Part shown: in pieces, positions 10,068-20,519 of the stretch | Layout of the letters: every line of letters begins with the position of its first letter | Position numbering within the stretch: position 1 is the first letter of the stretch | NCBI GenBank assembly: GCA_016869415.1 | Contig: VGEI01000002.1 | Location: 1-35,995, forward strand | Length of the DNA stretch: 35,995 nt | Direction: 5' to 3' | Source: Alphaproteobacteria bacterium | Lineage (GTDB): Bacteria > Pseudomonadota > Alphaproteobacteria > CACIAM-22H2 | Notes under the pieces: generated by a model | What the model was told of the DNA's origin: nothing | Databases searched by the model: none | Seen by the model: the letters and a program-made list of their open reading frames with translations, nothing else | Translations under genes and position numbers: made by a program

Positions 10068-10092
10068 CTATCCGACTTTTGCAAGATAGTAT
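10068..10092. promoter_or_regulatory. Candidate IscR type-1 operator, weaker site: CTATCCGACTTTTGCAAGATAGTAT
   Basis: Partial match to the type-1 IscR consensus ATASYYGACTRWWWYAGTCRRSTAT: left half-site TATCCGACT and right edge TAGTAT. It abuts the stronger site, as in tandem E. coli iscR operators. Confidence 0.4.
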
Positions 10093-10115
10093 TCCCGACT
10101 GGGGCAGTCAAGATT
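10091..10115. promoter_or_regulatory. Candidate IscR type-1 operator, strong site: ATTCCCGACTGGGGCAGTCAAGATT
   Basis: GACT-N5-AGTC core with flanks ATTCCC and AAGATT fits ATASYYGACTRWWWYAGTCRRSTAT at most positions. It lies 106-130 bp upstream of the cysE start in the divergent AT-rich gap. Confidence 0.55.
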
Positions 10116-10210
10116 GGCGTCAAAAGCTGTAATATGAATACCAATATTATCCGACTCATAGCGTTCGTTATTAAACAACTGCCCTCCAAAGACCGCTAGG
10201 CCACGCTGCG

Positions 10211-10942
10211 ATGCCTGAAGTTCTGATCAACGGCGCCGAAGGCCGCCTGGAAGGTCGCTACAGTCCTGGCAAGGGCGAACGGCGTCCAGTCGTCCTGCTG
10301 CTGCATCCGCATCCCCAACACGGCGGGACGATGCACAACAAAGTCATCTACGCCCTCACCCAGGTTTTTATCCGTCAGGGCTTTGCCACCTTGCGCTTCA
10401 ATTTCCGCGGCGTCGGCCGCAGCCAGGGTAGCTTCGGGCGTGGCGAGGGCGAGCTCACCGACGCCGCCTCGGCGCTCGATTGGCTGCAGTCGATCAACGC
10501 CAACGCCAGCCAGTGCTGGATCGCCGGCTTCTCTTTCGGCGCCTGGATCGGCATGCAACTGCTCATGCGCCGACCCGAAATCGACCGCTTCGTCGCCGTG
10601 GCGCCGCCGGCCAACATCTTTGACTTCGCCTTCCTCGCCCCCTGCCCCTCATCAGGTCTGATCCTGCAGGGTGACAAGGACGAGGTCGTGCCCGAAGAGT
10701 CGGTCAAGAAGCTCGTGGAGAAGCTCGGCAAGCAGCGAGACATCGAGATCGACTACCGCATCATCAAGGGCGCGAACCACTTCTTCACCGGCAAGCTCGA
10801 CAAGCTCGAGGCGCAGACCGAGGACTATATCGAGACGGCGATGGAGCCGAAGCCGGCCGAGAAAGAGACGCGCGACAAGGACAAAGAGAAGCCGGCCGCC
10901 AAAGCCGGCGCCCGCGAAAAGGAAAAGGCGGGCGCCAAGTAG
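10211..10942 (+). CDS. Alpha/beta-fold hydrolase (COG2945-like) with Lys/Glu-rich C-terminal tail
   Basis: Nucleophile elbow GFSFGA, VVLLLHPHPQHGG, LILQGDKDEVV and GANHFF motifs. The tail is PKPAEKETRDKDKEKPAAKAGAREKEKAGAK. Confidence 0.8.
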   Translation: MPEVLINGAEGRLEGRYSPGKGERRPVVLLLHPHPQHGGTMHNKVIYALTQVFIRQGFATLRFNFRGVGRSQGSFGRGEGELTDAASALDWLQSINANASQCWIAGFSFGAWIGMQLLMRRPEIDRFVAVAPPANIFDFAFLAPCPSSGLILQGDKDEVVPEESVKKLVEKLGKQRDIEIDYRIIKGANHFFTGKLDKLEAQTEDYIETAMEPKPAEKETRDKDKEKPAAKAGAREKEKAGAK

Positions 10943-10960
10943 CCCGCCAAGTGCCCGCGT

Positions 10961-12064
10961 TTACATTGATGCTGCGCGATGCGACGGGCCGGGGAAATAT
11001 CGACCGCCAACGGTCGGCCGTTTCACGCCCGTCGTGCCGGGAAAGCTCAACGGCAGGCCGCGCCGCGAACGCACCGCGAGGTAGCCAAACGCCTGGGCTT
11101 CCAGCGCATCCCCGTCCCAGCCGACCTCCTCCGCCGGCTTGATGGCCACACCCGGCAGTGCGGCACGGAACGCCTGCAGCAAGACCGGATTACGTCGGCC
11201 GCCGCCGGTCAGAATCCATGCCGTCACCGGTGAGGGGAAATGCCGGGTGGCCTCGGCCGCAGCGCGGGCCGTGAAGGCGGTGAGCGTGGCCGCCCCATCT
11301 TCGGTTGAGAGCTGTTCGATCGGCGCCGGATCGAAGGCATTGCGGTCGAGCGACTTCGGCGGGCGGCGGCTGAAGTAGCCGTGGGCCATCAGCCGGGTCA
11401 ACGCGGCTTCATGGACCTTGCCGCGTGCCGCGCAAGCGCCGTCGACGTCGAGCGGCCTGCCGGTGCGCGTCAGCATCCAGTCGTCGATCAGCGCGTTACC
11501 CGGGCCGGTGTCGAAGGCCAGGAGTTCCCCGTCAGCAGCGATCCAGGTGACATTGGCGACACCGCCGACGTTGAGGACTGCGAGCGGCCGTGCCAGGGAC
11601 TCGCTGAGAGCGCGATGGAAGACCGGCACGAGCGGCGCGCCCTCGCCACCGGCCGCCACATCTGCGCTGCGGAAATCGGCGACCACATCGATCCCGACAC
11701 GCGCCGCCAGTGCCGCCGCATCGCCGATCTGCCAGGTGACACCCTCGGCCGGGCGGTGAACGACGGTCTGGCCATGGAACCCAACCACATCGATCGTCTC
11801 CGGCTTGAGGCAGGCCCGGGCGAGCAACGCTTCGACCGCCTCGGCATGAACAGCGGTCATTTCCCGCTCGACCGCCTTGACTGGGACCCGGCCGCCCAGG
11901 GACCGGCGCAGCCGCTCGCGCAGCTTCGCCGTGTATGGCAAGGTCAGCGAGGGCCCGCAGGAAACCTGGGCCTCGCCATCGGTCTCGACCAGTGCCGCGT
12001 CGACCCCGTCGAGCGACGTCCCGCTCATCAAGCCGATCGCTCGCCAGCGCTTCGAATCGGTCAT
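10961..12064 (-). CDS. anmK: Anhydro-N-acetylmuramic acid kinase
   Basis: N-terminal [15 protein letters not shown] motif, internal NVGGVANV and DTGPGN motifs, about 367 aa. Classic divergent pairing with tyrS. Confidence 0.9.
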   Translation of the reverse strand: MTDSKRWRAIGLMSGTSLDGVDAALVETDGEAQVSCGPSLTLPYTAKLRERLRRSLGGRVPVKAVEREMTAVHAEAVEALLARACLKPETIDVVGFHGQTVVHRPAEGVTWQIGDAAALAARVGIDVVADFRSADVAAGGEGAPLVPVFHRALSESLARPLAVLNVGGVANVTWIAADGELLAFDTGPGNALIDDWMLTRTGRPLDVDGACAARGKVHEAALTRLMAHGYFSRRPPKSLDRNAFDPAPIEQLSTEDGAATLTAFTARAAAEATRHFPSPVTAWILTGGGRRNPVLLQAFRAALPGVAIKPAEEVGWDGDALEAQAFGYLAVRSRRGLPLSFPGTTGVKRPTVGGRYFPGPSHRAASM

Positions 12065-12093
12065 GGGCAGCGATTGTGGCCGAGGGAGGCGCC

Positions 12094-13365
12094 ATGGTAA
12101 ACGACCCGCCCATGACAGCTTTCCGCTCCGACTTTCTGCGCACCGTCAGCGAGCGCGGCTTCGTGCATCAGATCACGGACCCCGAAGGGCTCGACGCCCG
12201 CGCCCTGCAGGGGCCGATCCCTGCCTATATCGGCTTCGATTGCACCGCGGACTCGCTGCATGTCGGCAGCCTCGTCCCCATCATGCTGCTGCGGGCCCTG
12301 CAGCGAACCGGCCACAAGCCAATCGTGCTGATGGGCGGCGGCACGACCAAGGTCGGCGATCCCTCCGGCAAGGACGAGGCCCGCCAGCTCCTGTCGGACG
12401 CCGACATCGCTCGCAACATGGCGGGCATCAAGTCGATCTTTGCCAAGTACCTGAAATTCGGCGACGGCCCGACCGACGCGGTCATGGCCAACAATGCCGA
12501 CTGGCTGGACGAGCTCAAGTACATCCCGCTGCTGCGCGACGTCGGCCGGCATTTCTCGGTCAACCGCATGCTGACCATGGACTCGGTCAAGCTGCGGCTC
12601 GAGCGCGATCAGCCGCTGACCTTCCTCGAGTTCAACTACATGGTGCTGCAGTCCTACGACTTCGTAGAACTGGCCAAGCGGCACAAATGTGTGCTGCAGA
12701 TGGGCGGCTCCGACCAGTGGGGCAACATCGTCATGGGTGTCGATCTTGGCCGGCGCCTGAACGATTTCTCGTTGTTCGGCCTCACGACGCCACTGATGAC
12801 CACCGCCTCGGGCGCCAAAATGGGAAAAACGGCGCAGGGTGCGGTGTGGCTCAATGCCGACCGGCTCAGCCCCTACGACTACTGGCAGTTCTGGCGCAAC
12901 ACCGAGGACGCCGATGTCGGCCGCTTCCTCAGGCTGTTCACCGACCTGCCGCTGGAGGAGATCTCCCGCCTGGAAAATGCCGGCGGCGCCGCAATCAACG
13001 ACGCGAAGAAGGTGCTGGCGACGGAGGCGACGCGCCTCTGCCACGGCGACGCCGCAGCGCTCGAGGCCGCGGACACCGCCCGCCGGACGTTCGAGGAAGG
13101 CGCTTCCGCCGCCGGCCTGCCGACGGTCGAGATCCCACGCGCCGAGTTGGACAAGGGCATTCCGGCCTTCGAACTGTTCCGACGCGCCGGCCTCGCGGCC
13201 AGCAATGGTGAAGCGCGCCGCCTGATCAAGCAGAACGGCGCGCGGCTGAATGATCAGGCCTTCACGGACGAGGCCCGGATTATTGGCACCGGCGAGCTGA
13301 ACCTCGACGGATCGATCAAGCTCTCCGCCGGCAAGAAGCGGCACGCCCTCGTTCGGGCGGTCTAG
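12094..13365 (+). CDS. tyrS: Tyrosine--tRNA ligase
   Basis: HIGH-type motif (ADSLHVGSL), KMSKS-type motif (GAKMGKT), C-terminal S4-like domain. ATG 12094 is preceded by GGGAGG; ATG 12112 is an alternative. The track ORF from 11935 overlaps anmK and was trimmed. Confidence 0.9.
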   Translation: MVNDPPMTAFRSDFLRTVSERGFVHQITDPEGLDARALQGPIPAYIGFDCTADSLHVGSLVPIMLLRALQRTGHKPIVLMGGGTTKVGDPSGKDEARQLLSDADIARNMAGIKSIFAKYLKFGDGPTDAVMANNADWLDELKYIPLLRDVGRHFSVNRMLTMDSVKLRLERDQPLTFLEFNYMVLQSYDFVELAKRHKCVLQMGGSDQWGNIVMGVDLGRRLNDFSLFGLTTPLMTTASGAKMGKTAQGAVWLNADRLSPYDYWQFWRNTEDADVGRFLRLFTDLPLEEISRLENAGGAAINDAKKVLATEATRLCHGDAAALEAADTARRTFEEGASAAGLPTVEIPRAELDKGIPAFELFRRAGLAASNGEARRLIKQNGARLNDQAFTDEARIIGTGELNLDGSIKLSAGKKRHALVRAV

Positions 13366-13368
13366 ACT

Positions 13369-16300
13369 CTAGTTGCGGCTGCCGGGATCGAGCTCCGACG
13401 GCGGCGTCGAACCGGTCGGCGACGTCCCCGGCAGGCCGCCGAACAGGTTGCGCAGGAAGCCCGGAGCGAGCACCGATAGCGGATTGACCGACACGCGCGG
13501 CTCGCCCATCGGCCCGGTAACCCTGTAGTTGGCCGCGAAAATGCCGCCGCCGCGGCCCGTCAGGATATCGCCGATGATGGGGATTCGGCTGGGCAGACTG
13601 TTTATGGCATTGGCCGGCACGATCGTGCCGTCGAGCTCGATGGTCTCCGCGTCGAGATCCATCGCACCGCGTGCTGTCACGCCCAGTGACGGCCCGGACG
13701 CCTTGGCATCGAGGATCTCGAGGCGCGGATCGGCATAGGCGAAATCGGCCTCGAGACCCGAGAAACGGATACCCTCGCCGGTCAGCGAATCGAGTATCCC
13801 GGTCAGCAATGCCACACTGAGAACGCGTGCCAGGATCGGCGCGCGGACCGTCCGGAACTCGCTCATGCGAAGCTTGCCGACCAGCGGACGTCCCGGCTTG
13901 GCGGAATCGGTCAGCCCCTGTGCTTCAATGCGCCCGCCCACCACATTGGACGAGATATCGACCGCGCGCAGGAAGGCTCCGGCATCTTCCATCCGGGCCA
14001 GCAGGGTCTGATGGCCGGCATCAGATTTCAGCTGCAGCGACACCTGATTATTGAGCGCCATTTCCGGCCCGGTACGCGCGGCAAGATCGGCAGTTTCCCA
14101 ACGCTCGCTGGTACGCAAACCGTCGAAACGCACGGCGTACAGCAGCCGGTCCGTGTCGAAGTAGAGCCGTTCGACATCGACATTCAGCTCGAGTGGCGCC
14201 CGGTCAGCCTGGCGGGGCGACTTGTCCCGATAGAAGGGCCCGAGATCGAACGCCGGACCGATTCCGGAGAACACCAGTACCTCGCCACGGCGGACGAAAG
14301 AGCCTCGCACGTCGGTAAGCCCAAGGCGTAAGGCCGCGAGATCGGCTGCCGCGATCGACTTCCCGTCGGCACCCAGCGTGACCGTGCCGTTCGCTACCAG
14401 ACCGCCTGTCTTCGGGTCTCCAGCCTGGACGGAGAACTCCGGCAGAGAGACGGCCTTACCGCTATCGATCGCCACCCGCGCGCGCGCGGTTGCCGGCTTG
14501 CCCGGCGCCTTTTCCCACTCGAATGGCGCCAGCATCAGCTTGCTGTCGTTCAGCACGGCCTCGAGTTGCACCTCGCCGCGCATCCCCCGGCGTTCGACGT
14601 ATTCGACCGCCAAATCTGCCGGCCCGTCGATGTACTCGGCGAAATCGAGCCCGAATGCCTTGCGCTCGGCCGCACCGAGCCGGCCTCGGGCGCGGGTCCG
14701 CGCCAGGATCGGGGCATTGTCGGCGAACTCGCGGCGCATCTCCACCGCCGCCGGCACCGAACCCAGAACGACTCGTCCGCTGATATCGAACCCTCGCGCG
14801 TCGACACGGAGCTTCAGCTCGCCATCGCGCACGTCCTGATCGAGCGCCGCGTTACGCTGCGTATAGCGGGTGATGTCCGCGGTCGCCAGGACATCGACCT
14901 CGTCGATTTTTAGATCCTTCTTGAGAGGAAATCTGAAGGCCAATTGCACCGCCGAATCGCCGCCGAAATCCTCGGGCTTGAGGTCGATCTTCTTGAGAAA
15001 GCCCAGAGGCGGACCGTCGACGAGGATGACGGCCTCGCGCACCGGGCCGGCGACCGGTAACTCGATCGCCGCCTTCTCGATATCGGTGTCGAGATCGTAA
15101 AGAGCCACCTTGCCCTCGCCGGCGCGCAGGCGGCCAATCGTCCCGCCGCTCGTCACGATGTCGAACCGGCTAACATCGAACGTCGCCCGCCCCTCGACGC
15201 CGCGGATCGCGGGCATCGGCCGCAGATAGGTGATGTCGACGCCGGAGGCGTGCAATGTGCCGTCGACCTTGTCGACGATCCACCCCGCGGCGCCCTCGGA
15301 ACCAGCGAAGACGGCACGGGCCTCGCTCACCCGGCCGCCCGACAGGTTCTGGACGATCCAGTCGCGTGCGTTCTTGCCAACACCACGCGGCCATAGCCGC
15401 TGCAGGTCGTCGATCGGAACGTTCCGTGCGACCGCCTGGCCTTGCATGCGCGGCTTCTCACCCAGTCCACTGAGGCGCCCTTGGAGATGAACCAGCGGCC
15501 CACCCAGGTCGAGCACGAACTCCGTCACGTCTACTTCATGCACGCCGCGAGGCAGGGTGCCGCGCACGGCAAAGCGGCGCACATTGGCGTCCCGCGGCAG
15601 ATCAAAGGAACTCGCCGTGAGGTGCCCGCCCTCGCCACTGAAGCTGAAGCGGGCGTCGACCACTCGGAACTCGGAGTCTAGGTTGACGTCGACGGCGCCA
15701 GAGATTGGCAAGTGGATCCCGGCCAGCGGCTTCAGGACGGTATCGAAGGCAGCGAGCGTCGAGAGATCCAGATCGAGCAATTGCGTCGAAGCGGCGAGCC
15801 GGGCGGCAGCCGCGTGGTAGACACCCGTCGCGTTCACCCGGCTGGGCCTGGCCGACCCCAGATCGACCGCGGCGACAACCTCCGCCCGCAGCCCGGCCTG
15901 ATCGCGCAGCAGAGTGATCTCCGCGTCGCGCGCCGACCAGGTACGGCCACTTGCCTCGTCCGATATGTCGACACTGGCTTCGATGATGCTCAAACGGCGC
16001 AGGTAGCCGAGGCTGCGATCGGGATCTGGCGGGGCCAGCAACTCGCTCAGCAACACCGGCCCAGTCGTATCTTCCTCCGCGCCGATACCGGGGAAGCCGA
16101 AACGGATGGCGCCATCCCGGGTGCGCTGCAGGCGAAGCCTGATACCGCTCACGTCGATGGCCGTGGGCGCGATCATGCCGCGCAGCAGAGCTCGGGCGGA
16201 GAAGCTGACAGAGGCTTCCGGCACCTCAAGCATCAGGCGGCCGCCTGCCCCCAGCACATGAACCCCACGCACCTGAAGATCGACGGTGCGACGCCAGCCG

Positions 16301-16503
16301 GCCCAAGCGATCACCGTGTCGTCGATGTCGATGTCCAGCGTGCCGTCGTCACGGCTGAGCGCGCGCTCGACGAAGGGTGTCAGAAAGCTGAGCGAAATCG
16401 GGCCCTGCGACAACAGCCACCCGAGTATTCCCACGCCGATCAGGGTCAGGACGAACAGCGTCCCAACGATGTCAACGACCGTGCGCGATATCCGTCCGAA
16501 CAC
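13369..16503 (-). CDS. Large envelope protein, AsmA/YhdP-like (DUF3971-type), single N-terminal TM helix
   Basis: 1044 aa with GTG start. N-terminal hydrophobic helix VVDIVGTLFVLTLIGVGILGWLL, long beta-rich body, C-terminal region (GIRFSGLEADFAYADPRLEILDAKASGPSLGVTARGAMDL..DGTIVPA) resembling AsmA_2/YhdP C-termini. Family assignment is from memory only. Confidence 0.65.
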   Translation of the reverse strand: MFGRISRTVVDIVGTLFVLTLIGVGILGWLLSQGPISLSFLTPFVERALSRDDGTLDIDIDDTVIAWAGWRRTVDLQVRGVHVLGAGGRLMLEVPEASVSFSARALLRGMIAPTAIDVSGIRLRLQRTRDGAIRFGFPGIGAEEDTTGPVLLSELLAPPDPDRSLGYLRRLSIIEASVDISDEASGRTWSARDAEITLLRDQAGLRAEVVAAVDLGSARPSRVNATGVYHAAAARLAASTQLLDLDLSTLAAFDTVLKPLAGIHLPISGAVDVNLDSEFRVVDARFSFSGEGGHLTASSFDLPRDANVRRFAVRGTLPRGVHEVDVTEFVLDLGGPLVHLQGRLSGLGEKPRMQGQAVARNVPIDDLQRLWPRGVGKNARDWIVQNLSGGRVSEARAVFAGSEGAAGWIVDKVDGTLHASGVDITYLRPMPAIRGVEGRATFDVSRFDIVTSGGTIGRLRAGEGKVALYDLDTDIEKAAIELPVAGPVREAVILVDGPPLGFLKKIDLKPEDFGGDSAVQLAFRFPLKKDLKIDEVDVLATADITRYTQRNAALDQDVRDGELKLRVDARGFDISGRVVLGSVPAAVEMRREFADNAPILARTRARGRLGAAERKAFGLDFAEYIDGPADLAVEYVERRGMRGEVQLEAVLNDSKLMLAPFEWEKAPGKPATARARVAIDSGKAVSLPEFSVQAGDPKTGGLVANGTVTLGADGKSIAAADLAALRLGLTDVRGSFVRRGEVLVFSGIGPAFDLGPFYRDKSPRQADRAPLELNVDVERLYFDTDRLLYAVRFDGLRTSERWETADLAARTGPEMALNNQVSLQLKSDAGHQTLLARMEDAGAFLRAVDISSNVVGGRIEAQGLTDSAKPGRPLVGKLRMSEFRTVRAPILARVLSVALLTGILDSLTGEGIRFSGLEADFAYADPRLEILDAKASGPSLGVTARGAMDLDAETIELDGTIVPANAINSLPSRIPIIGDILTGRGGGIFAANYRVTGPMGEPRVSVNPLSVLAPGFLRNLFGGLPGTSPTGSTPPSELDPGSRN

Positions 16504-16622
16504 TCCGCCCAGACCTTTCCAAACCCGTCAACGCAAGCAGCCGGCCAGCGCCCATCGCGACAAACGCTTGACCCGGCCACCACGGTAGGGCTCCAGTGTG
16601 CGGCAAATTCCGGTCAGGGGAA

Positions 16623-19566
16623 ATGAAGGAATTACACTCCGGTTTCGCCCGTGCCCGCTGGCCACGCCCCGCCGATCCGGCGCAGGCGGCTGCCGAGCTC
16701 GAGCGCTGGATCGAGGAGTCCGGCGAGCTGCCGGCTGCGGAGCGATCGTTCACCCAAGCCCTGCCCCGGGACAAGCAGGGCAAGGCGCTCCTCACGGCAC
16801 TTTTCGGCAACAGTCCCTATCTCACTCTCGCCCTCATCGACGACATCGGCTTTGCCGTTGAGTTGCTGCGCCGGGGGCCGGAGGCGGCTCTGGAGGATGT
16901 CCTGGGAAATGCCCGCCGGGATTTCAGCGGCCCAATCGACGAAGCCTCGCTGATGGCCGGCCTGCGCCGCGCCAAGCGTCGGGCCTCGCTGACCATCGCC
17001 CTTGCCGATATTGCCGGACTCTGGCCGGTCGAGCGTGTCACCGCAGCCCTGAGCGAGACAGCCGACACGGCCCTCTCCCTCGCCGTCCGGCACCTGCTGC
17101 GCCAGGGAGCCGCCGGCGGCGCCTACAAGCTGAAGCATCCCAAGGAGCCGGAGCGTGATTCCGGGTTCGTGATTCTTGGCATGGGTAAGCTCGGCGCCCG
17201 CGAGCTCAACTATTCGAGCGATATCGACCTCATCGTCCTCTACGACCCCGAGACGATTGTCAGCGGCAATCCCGACGGCCTGCTTCAGGTCTTCATCCGC
17301 CTCACCCGAGCCCTGGTGAAGATCCTCGATGAGCGCCGGCCGGAAGGGTATGTGTTCCGCACCGATCTGCGCCTGCGGCCCGATCCCGCCTCGACTCCCC
17401 CTGCCCTGTCCATGCTCGCCGCCGAAACCTATTACGAGAGTCTCGGCCAGAATTGGGAACGGGCCGCCATGATCAAGGCGCGGCCGGTGGCCGGAGATAT
17501 CGCAGCGGGGACCGCCTTCCTGCAACGGCTGCGTCCTTATGTCTGGCGCAAGAATCTCGACTTCTCGGCTATCCAGGACATCCACTCGATCAAGCGCCAG
17601 ATCAACGCCCATCGCGGCGGCGGCACGGTGGCGCTGGCCGGACATAACATCAAGCTCGGGCGCGGCGGCATCCGCGAGATCGAGTTCTTCGCCCAGACGC
17701 AGCAGCTCATCTGGGGCGGGCGCTCACCGGAGCTCCGCCAGATCCAAACCTGCCCGGCGATCGAGGCGTTGCGCGACGCCGGCCATGTCAAGCCGGAGAC
17801 CGCCGCAGCACTGATCGAGGCCTATCGTTTCCTCCGCAAGGTCGAGCACCGGCTGCAGATGGTCAATGATCAGCAGACCCATGCGCTGCCCGGCGAAGCC
17901 GGGCTTCCGGCCTTCGCCACGTTCCTTGGGTATGAGAGCGTAGCCGAGTTCAGCGCCGAGCTGCTCCACCACCTGACGCAGGTCGAGAAGCACTACGCCA
18001 GGCTCTTCGAGGAAGCGCCGAACCTGGGCAGCCAGGGCAGCCTGGTCTTTACCGGGACCGAAGACGATCCGGCGACACTGGAGACCCTTTCGAAACTCGG
18101 CTTTCGCGACATGAAGATGGTGGCGGCAACAGTCCGCGGCTGGCACCACGGCCGCTATCGGGCGATGCGTAGCGTGCGGGCCCGTGAGCTGCTGACCGAG
18201 CTGATGCCGGTGCTGCTGGAAGCGCTCGCACGCACGGCTCAGCCGGATACGGCCTTTGTCCGCTTCGACGGATTCCTCTCGCAGCTCCCCGCCGGGGTTC
18301 AGCTGTTTTCGCTGTTCCACGCCAACCCGGCATTGCTGCAGCTGGTGGCCGAAATCATGGGTGGGGCACCCCGGCTCGCCGACCTCCTGAGCCGTCACCC
18401 TCACCTGCTCGACAGTGTGCTGGGCTCCCAGTTCCTGGCGCCGCCGCCGGACCGGGCCACCCTCGGCAGCGATCTCAACCGCGGCCTGACGCAGGCCCGC
18501 GACTTCCAGGACACGCTCGATGTCCTGCGGCGCTGGAAGGGCGAGCGCGAGTTCCAGATCGGCGTGCAGATGCTGCGCGGCGTTCTGCCGGCTTCTGCGG
18601 CCGGCGCCGCCCTGGCCGACATCGCCGAAGCCTGCATCGCGGCGCTGCAGCCCGCTGTCGAAGCCGAGTTCGCGCGCCAGCACGGCAAGGTTCCCGGCGG
18701 CGCCATGGCCATCGCCGCCTTCGGCAAACTGGGCGGGCGCGAGATGACGGTGACCTCCGACCTCGACCTCATCCTGCTGTGGGACGCGCCGGAGAAGGTC
18801 GAGCAGTCGGACGGCGCCAAACCCCTGCCGGTCGGCCTCTACTACCAGCGTCTGGCGCAGCGCCTGATCAACGCCGTCACCGCGCCGACTGGAGAAGGCA
18901 CGCTTTACGAGATCGACCTGCGCCTGCGGCCTTCAGGCAGCAAGGGCCCGATCGCCACCAATCTCGACGGTTTCGTCAAGTATCAGCACAACGAGGCCTG
19001 GACCTGGGAGCATCAGGCCCTCACCCGCGCCCGGCCGCTGACCGGACCGCCGGCGCTGCAGAAAAGGATCACTGCCGCGATCCACGAGGTTCTGGTGAAG
19101 ACGCGCGACGGCGCCAAGCTGGCGCGCGACGTCGCCGAGATGCGCGAGCGCATGGCCCGCGAACACGCCGCCAAGCAGCCCTGGGACATCAAGCACTGGC
19201 GCGGCGGGCTGGTCGATATCGAGTTCCTGGTGCAGTACCTGCAACTCCGCCATGCGCACCAGCATCCCGGGATCCTGACGACCAACACCGCGCAGGCATT
19301 GGACAACGCCGTCGCGGCCGGTGTCCTGCCGGCCGATGCGGGGCGCGACCTGCGCCAGGCGCTCGACATCAGCCAGACGGTGCAGGGCCTGATCCGCCTG
19401 ACCCTGGCGGGCGATTTCGATCCGGGCGAGGCGCCCGAAGGGCTCAAACGAGCCCTGGCCCGCGCCGCCAGCGCGGTTGACTTCGCCGATCTGGAGGCGA
19501 CAATCCGCGGGCGCACCGCCCGCGCGCACGAGTTATTCAAGACGCTGATCGAGCAGGGGACCCAGG

Positions 19567-19577
<11 letters not shown>
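16623..19577 (+). CDS. glnE: Bifunctional glutamine synthetase adenylyltransferase / adenylyl-removing enzyme
   Basis: Two nucleotidyltransferase cores, GMGKLGARELNYSSDIDLIVLY and AFGKLGGREMTVTSDLDLILLW, each followed by a GlnE helical domain. ATG 16623 with AGGGGA upstream; the track start at 16596 is a GTG. Confidence 0.9.
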
Positions 19578-20097
<520 letters not shown>

Positions 20098-20135
20098 TAA
20101 GACAGGGGCGCTCTAGCGGGCCGCCGTCGCTTCGG

Positions 20136-20438
20136 TCAACGCTTCTTCTTGCCGCGAATGCCGCCGCGCGACAGCGCCTTGACCATGGTGCGCTCGTCGA
20201 AGGCGGGCAGCGAGGTGAGCTTGCCGAAGCCCTGCTCGGAGTACCAGACGGAGAAGGCGAGCATCGCCTCGGGGTTCGGCGCGTCGACGACGTCGACGAA
20301 GTCGAACTGGCCTTGCGTGTAGTAGACGCTCTCAAGCTTCATGCCGAGCTCGCGCAGCTTGGCGCGGGCGTTGGCCGTGCGGCTTTCCTGCTTCTTCATC
20401 GAGCCGGCGCCAAGCGTGCCGAGCATGACGTATTTCAT
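20136..20438 (-). CDS. GYD-domain protein
   Basis: 100 aa. MKYVMLGTLG..., ESVYYTQGQFDFVDVVDAPN pattern of the GYD family (COG4274). Strong GGAGGA RBS upstream. Confidence 0.75.
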   Translation of the reverse strand: MKYVMLGTLGAGSMKKQESRTANARAKLRELGMKLESVYYTQGQFDFVDVVDAPNPEAMLAFSVWYSEQGFGKLTSLPAFDERTMVKALSRGGIRGKKKR

Positions 20439-20519
20439 AGCCGTCCTCCGTCGTTATTGGGCGCAAGCCCAGTCTAGCCGGCCGGCCGGCCCGGGTCACG
20501 CCCGCCGCCGGCGCTGCCG

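Noticed and set aside
16568-16573. TTGACC hexamer upstream of glnE as a sigma-70 -35 box.
   Set aside because: No acceptable -10 element at 16-18 nt spacing could be found, so a single hexamer is not sufficient.
20098-20135. Rho-independent terminators in the convergent gaps (bcp/GYD at 20098-20135, hydrolase/anmK at 10943-10960, after the ferredoxin at 35719-35760).
   Set aside because: No GC-rich stem followed by a T-run could be found in either orientation. Only short imperfect complementarity is present.
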